Shown here in pieces: positions 10,749 through 21,061 of a stretch of 53,524 nucleotides of DNA; the first letter of the stretch is position 1, and each line of letters opens with the position of its first letter. A model generated the notes under the pieces. It did no database searches. It was given only the letters and a program-made list of their open reading frames with translations, and was not told the DNA's origin. Source of the stretch: a virus (lineage: Duplodnaviria > Caudoviricetes); IMG/VR virus record IMGVR_UViG_3300027770_002684, positions 1-53,524 of that record, one strand, 5' to 3'. The translations under genes and the position numbers were made by a program.

Positions 10749-11316
10749 ATTCTTTTGGTAACCAATGATTTACAACTACAGTGTCTATTGGTTTTGTGCT
10801 GTTTTCATATAACCATTCCCAAAATAAATCATTAATTGGCCGTTGCTTTGCAGGAATATGTTCGTCTACGGCTGTTAGATAATTTGTTTTCATTTTTAAT
10901 TTAAACAATCTGTCATGTGATTCTGCACGATCTTTTTCTACAACTGTATAGTATTGATAATATCCTCGAAATTCTGCATGTTTCATAACTTCTTTGATCA
11001 ATTCAAAAGATGCATGTGCGCCAGCTGAAGAATTATAATTTGAAATTACATAGCTGATATTCCAGGCAGGTATCACATGACTAAATGTTGCACATATAAT
11101 TGCTCGTAATTTATCATTTTCAAATTTTCCAAATGCTATAGAATAAGGATTATCAACTCTTGTAAAAAAATTTATAATACTGTCAGTTAATAATGTTTTT
11201 CTAGAGTCTAAAGTATTTTCTATAATGTCTTCTAAACTTAGACTCATGAGAGTTTCTTTAGAGGCAATAAGTTCTGCAATTTGAGTTGAATGAGCGTTGG
11301 TTAAAATTGTAATCAT
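10738..11316 (-). CDS. Hypothetical, possibly GNAT-like
   Basis: FGKFENDKLRA...PAWNI; resembles 16542-17135. Confidence 0.5.
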   Translation of the reverse strand: MITILTNAHSTQIAELIASKETLMSLSLEDIIENTLDSRKTLLTDSIINFFTRVDNPYSIAFGKFENDKLRAIICATFSHVIPAWNISYVISNYNSSAGAHASFELIKEVMKHAEFRGYYQYYTVVEKDRAESHDRLFKLKMKTNYLTAVDEHIPAKQRPINDLFWEWLYENSTKPIDTVVVNHWLPKEFRK

Positions 11317-12263
11317 GGCATTAATAGGTCAACAAATTTGTGGTAGTCCATTAACCATTCACGTGTATAATCTCGATACTTGGGTAATAAAATATTTTTT
11401 CGAATCATATCACATAGTCCTGAGATTTTTTCTCCGCCGTGATACTTTTGTCTGCTTTTTAAATCAGGCCAATATTTATTATAAACTAGATATTTTGTGG
11501 ACCTACTGCTCATTTTATAAGGATTCTTATCTGTACAAACAAGTTTAATTTTTTCTTCCAACGCCATTGCTAAAGTTATTTCTGCGTTGTGCTGGAAAAA
11601 TCCCAATCCGCCTAGTATGTTATTCTGAATAGCAAATCTAAACCACGCAAGTATATATTCGTATTCAATATATTGCCATGTATATTTAGGAGCATTATAA
11701 TCAAGTAATCTCCATTTGGGATTAATATCCCGAACTACGTAAAAATCCCCGTTGCCTAATATTGGCATGCCGCCTTGGTCCCAAATATATTTTATCAATT
11801 TCATAGTGGGAAGCATTTGAGGATACACACATAATGATTGCTCGGCCATATACATTGCTTCGTTGCTCATCAACCATGTTTCTGTATCAATATCTAAATA
11901 TTCGTGACTAAAATTAAGTTGATGTTTCAATTGCTCTACATAGATAAGTTCGTGTTCATTAAACTGTTTTGCAAATCTAGTTGTAGCTGTATGAAAAGTA
12001 GTTCCTATTTCTGCAAATGCCTTAACAACAACATGACTATCTAGCCCACCGCTTAACAATATAACAGGAGTCCGACCTAGATTACTAGCAGAGTTTGATA
12101 AATCTTGAGCAGTCTTGATACATTCGTCTTTAAATGAAGTGGGTACGTAATTTGCTTTTGAATAACTGCAAGAAAAAACTTTAGTTGGGCTGGCATCTTG
12201 TAAATTGAATACTCCAGAATTGTATCCAAATGTAAAATGATTATCTAATGTATAAGGTAACAT
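11313..12263 (-). CDS. PP-loop adenine-nucleotide alpha-hydrolase (Asn synthetase C-domain-like)
   Basis: ILLSGGLDS; ILGNGD. Confidence 0.8.
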   Translation of the reverse strand: MLPYTLDNHFTFGYNSGVFNLQDASPTKVFSCSYSKANYVPTSFKDECIKTAQDLSNSASNLGRTPVILLSGGLDSHVVVKAFAEIGTTFHTATTRFAKQFNEHELIYVEQLKHQLNFSHEYLDIDTETWLMSNEAMYMAEQSLCVYPQMLPTMKLIKYIWDQGGMPILGNGDFYVVRDINPKWRLLDYNAPKYTWQYIEYEYILAWFRFAIQNNILGGLGFFQHNAEITLAMALEEKIKLVCTDKNPYKMSSRSTKYLVYNKYWPDLKSRQKYHGGEKISGLCDMIRKNILLPKYRDYTREWLMDYHKFVDLLMP

Positions 12264-12316
12264 ATTTTTTTGTGTATATATTTAATTATCATAAATATTC
12301 ATGAGGGTAAAAATAT

Positions 12317-12847
12317 ATGGATCCATTTTTCTACAAATTACCTTTTAGATTGTTAGACGACAAAACAGAAAATCTTATCGTTGAAAAAGCAATGGAAAAC
12401 CCGTCTGAATTTTTTGCCTACAAAGGACAGATCAGTGGAAAAGAAGATGGTAATTATATATTTGTTCGAGGCTTTTTAAGAGAACTAGAAAGTGTGCAAA
12501 AATTAATGAAGTCTTGTACAGTAGAATGTTATCCGTTAGTTATGAGACAATATCCGAATACTCTTGGCCCAATCCATATTGACAATCCCAATGGCAGGAA
12601 TTGTGTTATTATTAGCCCATTAATCCCTAAGGTAAATTATGTTCCTACTCACTTTTGGGAAAGTTTTGATTCAACTGTTCCGATAGCCGCTGCTGATTTT
12701 TCAGATAGGATGCCTGCGTTGATCAACACTCAAAGATTACATAATATAACTAACAACAGTAGTCTTAGAATGAACTTTCAACTATGTTTTGAAAAATCGT
12801 TTAACGAAATACAAAATTTATTAATAGACAAAAAATTGTTTAAATGA
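12317..12847 (+). CDS. Fe/2OG oxygenase-like (DSBH)
   Basis: IHID...INT..LHNI.N....R. Confidence 0.7.
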   Translation: MDPFFYKLPFRLLDDKTENLIVEKAMENPSEFFAYKGQISGKEDGNYIFVRGFLRELESVQKLMKSCTVECYPLVMRQYPNTLGPIHIDNPNGRNCVIISPLIPKVNYVPTHFWESFDSTVPIAAADFSDRMPALINTQRLHNITNNSSLRMNFQLCFEKSFNEIQNLLIDKKLFK

Positions 12848-13359
12848 ATCAAGACAACTATTATTATCAATTAAATACAAAATGTGAAATATGTGATCAA
12901 TTGATAGATTACGCTAATCAAATTAAGATCTATTCTGTAGTCACTTTTATGCAGAAAATTGTTCCTCTTGAAATTATCAAACAAGATCCTGTAATGTTGT
13001 ATTTTTATGATACTGGATGGACTATAAAGATACTCAAAATGGAGCCTTTTACTTTTTACGACTGGCATAGAGATTCCCGTGTAAGAGGCTGTGCAGTTAA
13101 TTTATTACTAGATGCTGAAAGATGCACTACTCTATTTCGAGCAGATACGTATGATCTTCCTCGACAAAAACGTTTTGTTGAATTGAGTTATCTACCAAAT
13201 ACTTATTATATGTTTAATACAGCAGCCGAGCATTGCGTTGCAAATTTTAAATCTATTAGATATTCAGTTTCGATGTTCCCTCCACATAATTCTAATTTTG
13301 AGGAAGAAACAAAAGATTATTTTAAATATACAAATGAAATAAAAGAAATAGGTTTATAA
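12844..13359 (+). CDS. Fe/2OG oxygenase-like
   Basis: WHRD...FNT..EHCV.N....R. Confidence 0.72.
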   Translation: MNQDNYYYQLNTKCEICDQLIDYANQIKIYSVVTFMQKIVPLEIIKQDPVMLYFYDTGWTIKILKMEPFTFYDWHRDSRVRGCAVNLLLDAERCTTLFRADTYDLPRQKRFVELSYLPNTYYMFNTAAEHCVANFKSIRYSVSMFPPHNSNFEEETKDYFKYTNEIKEIGL

Positions 13360-13896
13360 AAATTTTTCTAATGTTTCTACAAATGCAAAAGTAAAAGCAG
13401 TTCGTGGAAAATCTTTAGGATCACTGCTGGTTCTCTCTACTGCATGAGGTTCTTCCACCCTAATAACTGTTGGGCCAACAATACATGTCCTTGCTATCTC
13501 TTTACAATCTTGCAATCGATAGGAAACATACGGAACTCCATTAGGTAGTATTTCAGTTATTTTGTCTTTAGGGTCAGCCTCATACCAAACAGTTTCTACA
13601 CTTTGTGGATTAATAAGAGGCCACTGTAATCTACACGGGTGCGGCGAATTATCTATATGAATGTTTCTGTTGGTGTCGTGTACAACTCCAATCATAAAGA
13701 TACCCTTAAAGTGCAACCCTAGTTTTTCAAATCCGTTAAGAACAGTGGGGCACATCTCGATGAATTTATCTTTAGATGGAAAACTAAAGAAGTTCTTAAT
13801 ATTGGTTTTATTGGGATACAGATAATTAAAATATATTTGTATCTCGTTATTGGATTGTTCAAAGTTTGGAAAGTCAATCTTTTGAAAGTATTTCAT
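13354..13896 (-). CDS. Fe/2OG oxygenase-like
   Basis: IHID...PHAV...R. Confidence 0.7.
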   Translation of the reverse strand: MKYFQKIDFPNFEQSNNEIQIYFNYLYPNKTNIKNFFSFPSKDKFIEMCPTVLNGFEKLGLHFKGIFMIGVVHDTNRNIHIDNSPHPCRLQWPLINPQSVETVWYEADPKDKITEILPNGVPYVSYRLQDCKEIARTCIVGPTVIRVEEPHAVERTSSDPKDFPRTAFTFAFVETLEKFL

Positions 13897-14536
13897 TTAG
13901 TTTAGTCTCATCTACAATTCCGTTAATCCTTAATTGCATTCTTTGGGAAGTTACCAATCCAACCCCATGCCAGCAGTCATCTCTAAACAAAAAACAGTCG
14001 TCATTAAATTCTACAAGATTACTGTCTATCATAGCAACCAACGATTGTCCGCCGTCTGCAATGTTTAAAGTGACACTAACATGATTATCGTAGTAAGTTG
14101 AATCTGGCGGTACATCATTGTGTACTGGTCCAAATCCTGGGGGATCTAACAACATAGATCTAACATTTTGTACGCTAGTAAATCCTAGATCTGATACAAT
14201 TTCTTTAATATAAGGGCAGTTAGCATTGTCTTTCCATGCCCAGTTCTCGTAATTAATTCTTAATAAGTTGCCACCATAGCCGGACATTATATCTCCTGGT
14301 ACATGAGTGAAGCTATACCCTTTCCAAGAAGGAAGAGAACCCGGGATAATACCGTGTTCAGTTAGCACTGTTACTTTATCATATAATGATTTTTCTACAA
14401 TATCAAATGGTCTTAAACTAAGGAATTTTTTAATTGCAGGTATTTCGGTAAACTTGTGCTGTAATATTTCCTCAGCAACTTTTTTTTTATTATAAGAAAA
14501 ATTTAATCTAGCGTATCGAATGTTAAATATTGACAT
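13874..14536 (-). CDS. Fe/2OG oxygenase-like
   Basis: VHND...WHGV......R; start taken at MSIF. Confidence 0.7.
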   Translation of the reverse strand: MSIFNIRYARLNFSYNKKKVAEEILQHKFTEIPAIKKFLSLRPFDIVEKSLYDKVTVLTEHGIIPGSLPSWKGYSFTHVPGDIMSGYGGNLLRINYENWAWKDNANCPYIKEIVSDLGFTSVQNVRSMLLDPPGFGPVHNDVPPDSTYYDNHVSVTLNIADGGQSLVAMIDSNLVEFNDDCFLFRDDCWHGVGLVTSQRMQLRINGIVDETKLNEILSKD

Positions 14537-14564
14537 ACACATATTTATTAAAGAGATTTACACC

Positions 14565-15200
14565 ATGCCATTTTATGACCCATCCAGTTGGAAACTTGTA
14601 CAAGTTATTCAAGAAAACAAAGAAGCAATTATAGATGAATTTAATAGGGCCGTTGATCTTAAATTAATTCAAGAAAAATTTAACGCAACAACAAGTTTTG
14701 ATGAAAAATTATATAAAGGGTATGTTGGGTTTCTTGGTGTTACTATGGATGTTGACCTTTGGTCGCCGGAAGAAAAGAAAGTTTACACCCAAGACCTACA
14801 GAAGCAATTTGATACAAATAGAAAATTGTGCCCAGTGGCTAGTTCTATCATTGATCAGTTTCCCTACATTAGGCAATTATTTTGGAATACATTACCCAGT
14901 AAAGGTCAAATAAGACCGCATTACGGAGTTAACGGGAAGGCATGGGGTAAAATACCCGATCATGCACGATTACAGTTTTGTTGGGAGCCCGGAGAAAAAT
15001 GTACATTCTTTTTAGAAAACGAATGTATCGAATATGTTGAAGATTTATGTTTCGGCTTTCACGACGGAATGGATTTGCACTGGGTTAAGAATAACGGAGA
15101 TAAAATTAGATCTGTTTTAATATTAGATCTTTGGGAAAATCAATGCGAACCAATTCCGTGGGGCAATATGAATACCATTAAAGGAACTTTTACTTTTTAA
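14565..15200 (+). CDS. Asp/Asn beta-hydroxylase (AspH/LpxO) family
   Basis: ENKEAIIDEF, CP, IRPHYG, HWVKNNG...R.VLILD; start MPFYD. Confidence 0.8.
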   Translation: MPFYDPSSWKLVQVIQENKEAIIDEFNRAVDLKLIQEKFNATTSFDEKLYKGYVGFLGVTMDVDLWSPEEKKVYTQDLQKQFDTNRKLCPVASSIIDQFPYIRQLFWNTLPSKGQIRPHYGVNGKAWGKIPDHARLQFCWEPGEKCTFFLENECIEYVEDLCFGFHDGMDLHWVKNNGDKIRSVLILDLWENQCEPIPWGNMNTIKGTFTF

Positions 15201-15873
15201 AAAGGTCTATTACTATATGATATCGCCATGTATCCCCGTCATTGATATTTTTGTGACTAATATCAGTATTGAACCAATATCCTCTGCCGTCTGCTGGCAA
15301 ATGAAAATAGAGATCGTTATCATTTTTAGGAGACAACTCATACCATTTTTTAGGTCCCTCGTTCCAAACTATATAACATTCTTCGTTAGTTACAAGAGGG
15401 ATATGGTATCTTAAATTGTTCCCCCATCTACCAGGATAGCTATCAATATGCCATCCTCCTCTATGAGTTGGACCACATTCCATTATCCTTCCTCTATAGG
15501 TATGATACCCTAGGTCTTCTAAATAGTCAAGTATCCTGCCTAATTCTCCAGTGCATAGTTCTTTATGCCTAACAGATATAGGTAATAGTTTTTCTAAATG
15601 CCTTCCTAAGTTTTCAACTCCGATCGGTTTAACAGAGTTATCCGTTGTATCTAAAAACATTATTCCTTGCTTAGGGCCTGTTGTATAGTCGGCATCATCT
15701 AACCCCTGAAATCCAATGCCTCCGTATCTTGATTCAGATTTAAATTCTTGACTAAATTTTTTGTATTTTGAAAAGGAAGAAAAATATAAATCTTTTAACT
15801 CTTCTAGATTAAAAGTTATATTTGTATCGGGCCAACACAAGTGATTCCAGTTACTTAGATCTATTTTGCTCAT
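15190..15873 (-). CDS. AspH-like Fe/2OG oxygenase
   Basis: WHID, RYHIPL.TN, H..IN.G...R.HIV.D. Confidence 0.8.
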   Translation of the reverse strand: MSKIDLSNWNHLCWPDTNITFNLEELKDLYFSSFSKYKKFSQEFKSESRYGGIGFQGLDDADYTTGPKQGIMFLDTTDNSVKPIGVENLGRHLEKLLPISVRHKELCTGELGRILDYLEDLGYHTYRGRIMECGPTHRGGWHIDSYPGRWGNNLRYHIPLVTNEECYIVWNEGPKKWYELSPKNDNDLYFHLPADGRGYWFNTDISHKNINDGDTWRYHIVIDLFKK

Positions 15874-16579
15874 AATTTTTATTTAGTAGAGTTGATAACG
15901 TCTCTGTTACCTTCTTAGAATAGTCCATCATATGCGGAAGGTTATGATGAAAGTAATTAATTTTAGATTTGTTTAAAATATTTAGAATATCTTGATCAAT
16001 AAAATCTATAATAATATGGGTACGAGATGCTGCTCCTAGGTTAACGCTCCTGTGCAGAATCAAGTTATTGATATTCCAAATGCCACCTTCAGTCATATGA
16101 TTTTTTTGATACGTTGTATCTTCTAAAAATATTTCATAGGTTGCTTGGTCGTTTGTCTGTAAAGGAATGTGAATTTTATTACTAAATTGTTGATACAGAT
16201 AGGTATCGACGTGCCACTTTAATTTTTGTCCAGGTAATATTGTTGCTATTTGTAAAAGCGTTGGATCTGAATTGGGCAGATATTTTTGTACTTCTTCTAT
16301 TAAGGGTCTGCAAATTTCTAACAGTTCCTGATCAAAGTCCAGTGAAGAATACAACTGTTTAGATGTCATCATGTGAGGAGTTTTTACAACTATTCTCCTT
16401 GTTTCATAAAATACAAATTCTTTGGTAGAATAGATATCATCCTCTAGGTCATACTTGTTAAAGATAACAGATTTAACTTTATTAAAAACATCTAATGGAA
16501 TATCTGCAATCTTTACAACTGAAATAGGATTTCCTAGCTTGTTACATTTGTTCTCTAATATTAATTGGTCTATGTTCAT
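15851..16579 (-). CDS. AspH-like Fe/2OG oxygenase
   Basis: WHVD, KIHIPL.TN, HRSVN.G...R.HIIID. Confidence 0.82.
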   Translation of the reverse strand: MNIDQLILENKCNKLGNPISVVKIADIPLDVFNKVKSVIFNKYDLEDDIYSTKEFVFYETRRIVVKTPHMMTSKQLYSSLDFDQELLEICRPLIEEVQKYLPNSDPTLLQIATILPGQKLKWHVDTYLYQQFSNKIHIPLQTNDQATYEIFLEDTTYQKNHMTEGGIWNINNLILHRSVNLGAASRTHIIIDFIDQDILNILNKSKINYFHHNLPHMMDYSKKVTETLSTLLNKNYEQNRSK

Positions 16580-17135
16580 TTTTTAATATTGCTGATTTGA
16601 TGAGAACATCGTGTTCTTTAATAAAGGTTCCAAACACATTTTTGTGCTCAGGCCATTCTGGCATTGTTCCTGCCGGTATAATACAGTCATAAAATATTTC
16701 ATACCTATACCAAACATCTGTAGTCTTATAAGTTCTGCGTTGTGTTCTTGCCCAGGCCAGTGGCATGGACCAAACTATTTTATAAATCCCTGCTTCTTCT
16801 GCTCTGTTCATGGCATATTTCCAACAATGTTCTAGCCCATTTAATTTATAGTTCCATCGACAGCTACTATTGGTTCCTAACATTATCATGTACCACATAG
16901 GTCCGCGGCCGGTAAATTGTTGCATCAAAAATGATCTAAGTTCGTTATTTTCAAAATACCCTATAACCCTACCAAGATCTTTATTTGGGTATGGCTCAAG
17001 AAATTTTGCAACACCATTTCTAAAATAATCTAAATCGTAGTTCTTTATATTAATTCCGGTAATTTTATTTTTAGGTTCGATGATATGCATGATCGAATCT
17101 AAATCATCGATGGTTAAATCTCTTACGTTGTCCAT
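16542..17135 (-). CDS. Hypothetical, possibly GNAT-like
   Basis: VRDLTIDDLDSI N-terminus; IGYFENNELRS. Confidence 0.5.
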   Translation of the reverse strand: MDNVRDLTIDDLDSIMHIIEPKNKITGINIKNYDLDYFRNGVAKFLEPYPNKDLGRVIGYFENNELRSFLMQQFTGRGPMWYMIMLGTNSSCRWNYKLNGLEHCWKYAMNRAEEAGIYKIVWSMPLAWARTQRRTYKTTDVWYRYEIFYDCIIPAGTMPEWPEHKNVFGTFIKEHDVLIKSAILKNEHRPINIREQM

Positions 17136-17845
17136 GAATTTAATCCTGTTCGGTTTAAAAAATCTTCTGAAAATTTTCCGTCGAATCGAATACTAAAACA
17201 AGAAGTATCAGATGGGTCACTTCCGTGTACATTTGCCGAGTCAAAGAATGCAACTTTTGATTCTACATAATGTTTAGTATCGTTATCTTTAACATAAAAT
17301 CTTTTCCTCATCAAAGGATTAATCCATATAAAATTATCTTTTCTGCTGATACCGTCCGGGTAATCTCTATGCTCTATTGTTTTAGAAAAAGGATCATTTA
17401 AAAAAATAATTATTCTGCCTACTTCTTCAAAAACATTTTGAGAATCGACCCAATCTATTAATGGTTTGAAATTTTTTATTGCTGGAAAATCTATACTATC
17501 TTTTGCACTATTTTTAGTGTCGTAACTAGATCCTACCCTTAATAGAATACAATGCCCTAGAACATGGCTAGGCCATTTGTATTGTATGAAAGTTTGAGGT
17601 TCCCAATCTTTTAGAGAAGTTAATAGATTATAGTACGGATGAGACGGGTCTGTAGATATTTCCCTATAAATCTCTGGAACAGATTTTTTTGTTTTATCAA
17701 CATATCCTGGACCTGAATTTGTCGGTCCAGCAGTTGTTCTAGATTTAGCAATCCCTAGAATAATGTCGTCGATTATTGCATCCAAAGAGGGAATGTCTAA
17801 AAATTCATCTAGTGATAGATAGGGGTTGTCAAACACAAAGTACAT
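17123..17845 (-). CDS. Fe/2OG oxygenase-like
   Basis: VGRIIIF, EHRD, FIWIN, HGS......SIR.DG; paralog of 19181-19963. Confidence 0.7.
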   Translation of the reverse strand: MYFVFDNPYLSLDEFLDIPSLDAIIDDIILGIAKSRTTAGPTNSGPGYVDKTKKSVPEIYREISTDPSHPYYNLLTSLKDWEPQTFIQYKWPSHVLGHCILLRVGSSYDTKNSAKDSIDFPAIKNFKPLIDWVDSQNVFEEVGRIIIFLNDPFSKTIEHRDYPDGISRKDNFIWINPLMRKRFYVKDNDTKHYVESKVAFFDSANVHGSDPSDTSCFSIRFDGKFSEDFLNRTGLNSWTT

Positions 17846-17870
17846 TTTATTTTTCAAATTTTTGTTATTC

Positions 17871-17882
17871 ATAAATATTTAT
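17871..17882. promoter_or_regulatory. Palindromic, possibly bidirectional late promoter
   Basis: ATAAATATTTAT has TAAATA on both strands, between divergent genes. Confidence 0.55.
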
Positions 17883-17885
17883 ACT

Positions 17886-18461
17886 ATGTTTTTTGATGCC
17901 AATTTAAAAGAGATAACTAATATTCCATCTAGTGTTTTGAAAAATCTTACGAACAAAGTTAAATTTATCAACTGGAATCTTCCGGACTTTGACAGGAAAG
18001 AAGTAACTCTGGTAGAGGGACGGCTTTGCCTCTTACCATTTTTAATATCTAAATCGGATCAATTAACCGATACAGCCAGTAGGAAAAAGATTTGGTCTGC
18101 AGCATCTCCAATTATTGAATTTATCAAGGATACAATGCCAGATGAAAAAATTATTAGGGGTGAAGTTGTTAATCTAATTCCAAATCGATCGTTGACTCCG
18201 CACATTGATATATATTGGTTTCATCGAGAGTCGAGAAGAATACATATTCCAATTATTACAAATGATCAATGTTTTTTAACTTTTGAAGATAGACAGTATC
18301 ATTTAGCAGTTGGGTCAATATATGAAATGAACAATAGAATACTTCATTCTGCAGTTAATAACGGTTTAACTAACAGAGTACATGTTATTTTAGATGTCAT
18401 GAATTTAAATATGTATAACCATGCACTATTGACCAAACAAAATTTTATGGAAGTAGTGTAA
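17886..18461 (+). CDS. AspH-like Fe/2OG oxygenase
   Basis: PHID, RIHIPIITN, HSAVN.G...R.HVILD; start MFFDA. Confidence 0.85.
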   Translation: MFFDANLKEITNIPSSVLKNLTNKVKFINWNLPDFDRKEVTLVEGRLCLLPFLISKSDQLTDTASRKKIWSAASPIIEFIKDTMPDEKIIRGEVVNLIPNRSLTPHIDIYWFHRESRRIHIPIITNDQCFLTFEDRQYHLAVGSIYEMNNRILHSAVNNGLTNRVHVILDVMNLNMYNHALLTKQNFMEVV

Positions 18462-18462
18462 A

Positions 18463-19188
18463 ATGAAACTAACGCAGCCCATTGTAGAATTACAACAATG
18501 TCCAGATGAATTATTTCAATATCTTAAAGAAACATTCATCAACAATACTAACTGGAACAGTTCTGACCTATTAACTAAGGAAGAAGCATTTTACGACCAG
18601 TCATTTAGATACGAAGCTATTACAAAATACTTTAACGCAAAATCTTTTTTCTTTAGTAAACTGCCACCTACTCAAGAAACTACTGATAAGATTAAACCGT
18701 ATACTGATTACTTAATGAATACATTGTTTCCCGAACACGCATTATTTCGTTGTCAGATAGTGTGTTTAAAACCTGGACAAAATGTTTATCCACATACTGA
18801 TCCTAGATATTATCACATTTATGGTAAGAGAATTCATTTACCCTTGTTAATTAACGATGAGTCATTTCATATACATTTTCCACCCGAGCAAGATTACGAT
18901 ATGAAATTTTCTAAAATGCATGAAGGTATAATTACTGACTTTGATAATATCACTCCCCATGCTGCCTTTAACTATGGAACAACTAATCGTATACATATCA
19001 TATGCGATGTTGTTAAAAAAGATACCGTATTAAAAATAGAAGCGGCCGCTGGAGGAAATTCTAATGCAACTAGTCAGCAAGTAGTTGATGAATATTATGT
19101 GCATCTAAGTAAGATAGAAGAACGGTATAACTGTAAGTATACCGAACTAAAAGATTACTACTTAGAAAGTATGCCAAAGAATGAATAA
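18463..19188 (+). CDS. AspH-like Fe/2OG oxygenase
   Basis: PHTD, RIHLPL..N, HAAFNYG...RIHII.D. Confidence 0.82.
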   Translation: MKLTQPIVELQQCPDELFQYLKETFINNTNWNSSDLLTKEEAFYDQSFRYEAITKYFNAKSFFFSKLPPTQETTDKIKPYTDYLMNTLFPEHALFRCQIVCLKPGQNVYPHTDPRYYHIYGKRIHLPLLINDESFHIHFPPEQDYDMKFSKMHEGIITDFDNITPHAAFNYGTTNRIHIICDVVKKDTVLKIEAAAGGNSNATSQQVVDEYYVHLSKIEERYNCKYTELKDYYLESMPKNE

Positions 19189-19963
19189 TCAAAATTATAA
19201 AATAAATGATCAATACTCTATCTGCTTAGATGAGTATTTTGATATTGGTAGATTACACAATATTTTTCCTGATATTGTTAAAGGTTTAGTACAGTCAAAA
19301 CAATATTTTGAGCCAATTGAAATTGGAAACCAACAGGCTATTTTTAATAAAGAACATATAGAACCTAAGTTATATATTAAAGATGTGTTCTCTCAAACTG
19401 AGGAATACGCTAATTTAGTAGAAGCAGGATTTACTGAAGGACAAATATACGATTATGTATTACTCAGGTCTCCTGTTAAAACACTAGGAACAAAGTTATT
19501 ATTAAGAACTTACCCTAATTACAGTAAGGCATTTGGCGCAAAGCACCATGCTAGATTAAACAAAGATCAGCCTGCTTACGAACATTTTCCTAAATTAAAA
19601 GAATGGATTGCAAATTGCGGCGCTTTTAAGAGCGTAGGTCGTATACTATTTTTTATAAACGAACTAGGATCTTATACTCCTACGCATTGTGATTATGCAA
19701 ACTTAACTTCATTAAAAGATCAATTTATTTGGATTAACCTATACCAGAAGAAATCTTTCTTTGTTCTTAACAAGGACTGGGGAAAACACTACTTAACTGG
19801 CGAGATAAATACATTTGATAACGCAACATGGCACGGTTCCGAACCAGCCAAATACAGTTGTTTTACCATAAGAATTGACGGATTATTCAGTGACAATTTT
19901 TTAATTAAAACAGGACTAGACAAACATTATGCAACTTCCAAAACTGCTCAAGAGAGTAATTAA
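19181..19963 (+). CDS. Fe/2OG oxygenase-like
   Basis: VGRILFF, THCD, FIWIN, HGS......TIR.DG. Confidence 0.7.
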   Translation: MNNQNYKINDQYSICLDEYFDIGRLHNIFPDIVKGLVQSKQYFEPIEIGNQQAIFNKEHIEPKLYIKDVFSQTEEYANLVEAGFTEGQIYDYVLLRSPVKTLGTKLLLRTYPNYSKAFGAKHHARLNKDQPAYEHFPKLKEWIANCGAFKSVGRILFFINELGSYTPTHCDYANLTSLKDQFIWINLYQKKSFFVLNKDWGKHYLTGEINTFDNATWHGSEPAKYSCFTIRIDGLFSDNFLIKTGLDKHYATSKTAQESN

Positions 19964-20753
19964 GGGTAACAACCCTACTACGTTACTTGTCTTTAATCTA
20001 TACTTGTTTGCAGTATTAATTGCCGGCGCATTTGTTGTACCGTTTAGTGTTGGGTGGTTATCTGTATCATTGTTCATGTATTTCTTAATGATATGTTGTG
20101 GTATTAGTATAACTTATCATAGGGCATTGACACATAAAGCACTGGTAATGCCTAAGTGGTTAGAGCGAACATTTTCTACTTTTGCCTGTATGGCAGGCAC
20201 AGGAAGTCCTATAATGTGGGTTATGACGCATCGTCAACATCACAGGCATGCAGACAAAGATGGAGATCCTCATCCACCATCAGCAGTTTACAAAACAATA
20301 TTTGGAATTTATCCAAGGGTAAATGGACATATTAGAGATATTGTAGCAGACAAATATTATAGAATTTGGCATAGGAACTATTTTGGTATCTTATCTGTCT
20401 ATGCCGCATTGGTATATCTTGTATTCGGATTTACTGCTTTGTATTTTATTGTAGTACTGCCTATGGTTGCTAGCGTTTTCATTAGTAATGCTTTAAACTG
20501 GTACGGACATAAATCATCGTTGGTAGGTTATAGAAATTATGATTTAAAGGATCATAGCCAAAATAATGTAGTTATGGCGTTACTTGCATTTGGAGAAGGA
20601 TGGCATAACAATCATCATCGTCACCCGGGAAGCGCAAAATTTGGAATAACGGCATCTGAAATTGATATATCGTTTGTTGTTATCAATCTGTTAGAAAAGT
20701 TAGGGTTAGTAAATAATATTAGACTACCTAATGAAAAATTTAAAAGGATTTAA
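19929..20753 (+). CDS. Membrane fatty-acid desaturase (delta-9-like), second copy
   Basis: HRALTH, HRQHH, FGEGWHNNHH. Confidence 0.93.
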   Translation: MQLPKLLKRVIKGNNPTTLLVFNLYLFAVLIAGAFVVPFSVGWLSVSLFMYFLMICCGISITYHRALTHKALVMPKWLERTFSTFACMAGTGSPIMWVMTHRQHHRHADKDGDPHPPSAVYKTIFGIYPRVNGHIRDIVADKYYRIWHRNYFGILSVYAALVYLVFGFTALYFIVVLPMVASVFISNALNWYGHKSSLVGYRNYDLKDHSQNNVVMALLAFGEGWHNNHHRHPGSAKFGITASEIDISFVVINLLEKLGLVNNIRLPNEKFKRI

Positions 20754-20755
20754 CT

Positions 20756-21061
20756 ATGTACAAAGTAACAACGATTTTTGAAAGACCAAATGACAGTATT
20801 CCGTACTACATTGGAACTCAGCCTGAATTAATAGATAGATTTGCAGAATTCACTTCAAATGCATCTGAACTATTATACGTAGATATGTTAGATGAAACTT
20901 CTACTAGACAGGTAACTCAAGCATTCTATGCAAATGAAGCGGCCTTTAATATTTTTATTGAAAAATATAACACCGAATTTCTTAATTTCTTTGAGGAAAG
21001 AGATGCATACCATGCAAGTGTAGGTATTACTACATCTCGTACAGTAACCGTTGAGGAATAA
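20756..21061 (+). CDS. Hypothetical protein
   Basis: 101-aa ORF tightly packed after the desaturase. Confidence 0.7.
   Translation: MYKVTTIFERPNDSIPYYIGTQPELIDRFAEFTSNASELLYVDMLDETSTRQVTQAFYANEAAFNIFIEKYNTEFLNFFEERDAYHASVGITTSRTVTVEE

Noticed and set aside
14565-15200. Halogenase from HxG motif
   Set aside because: HxG is normal in the AspH family, which the rest of the sequence matches.
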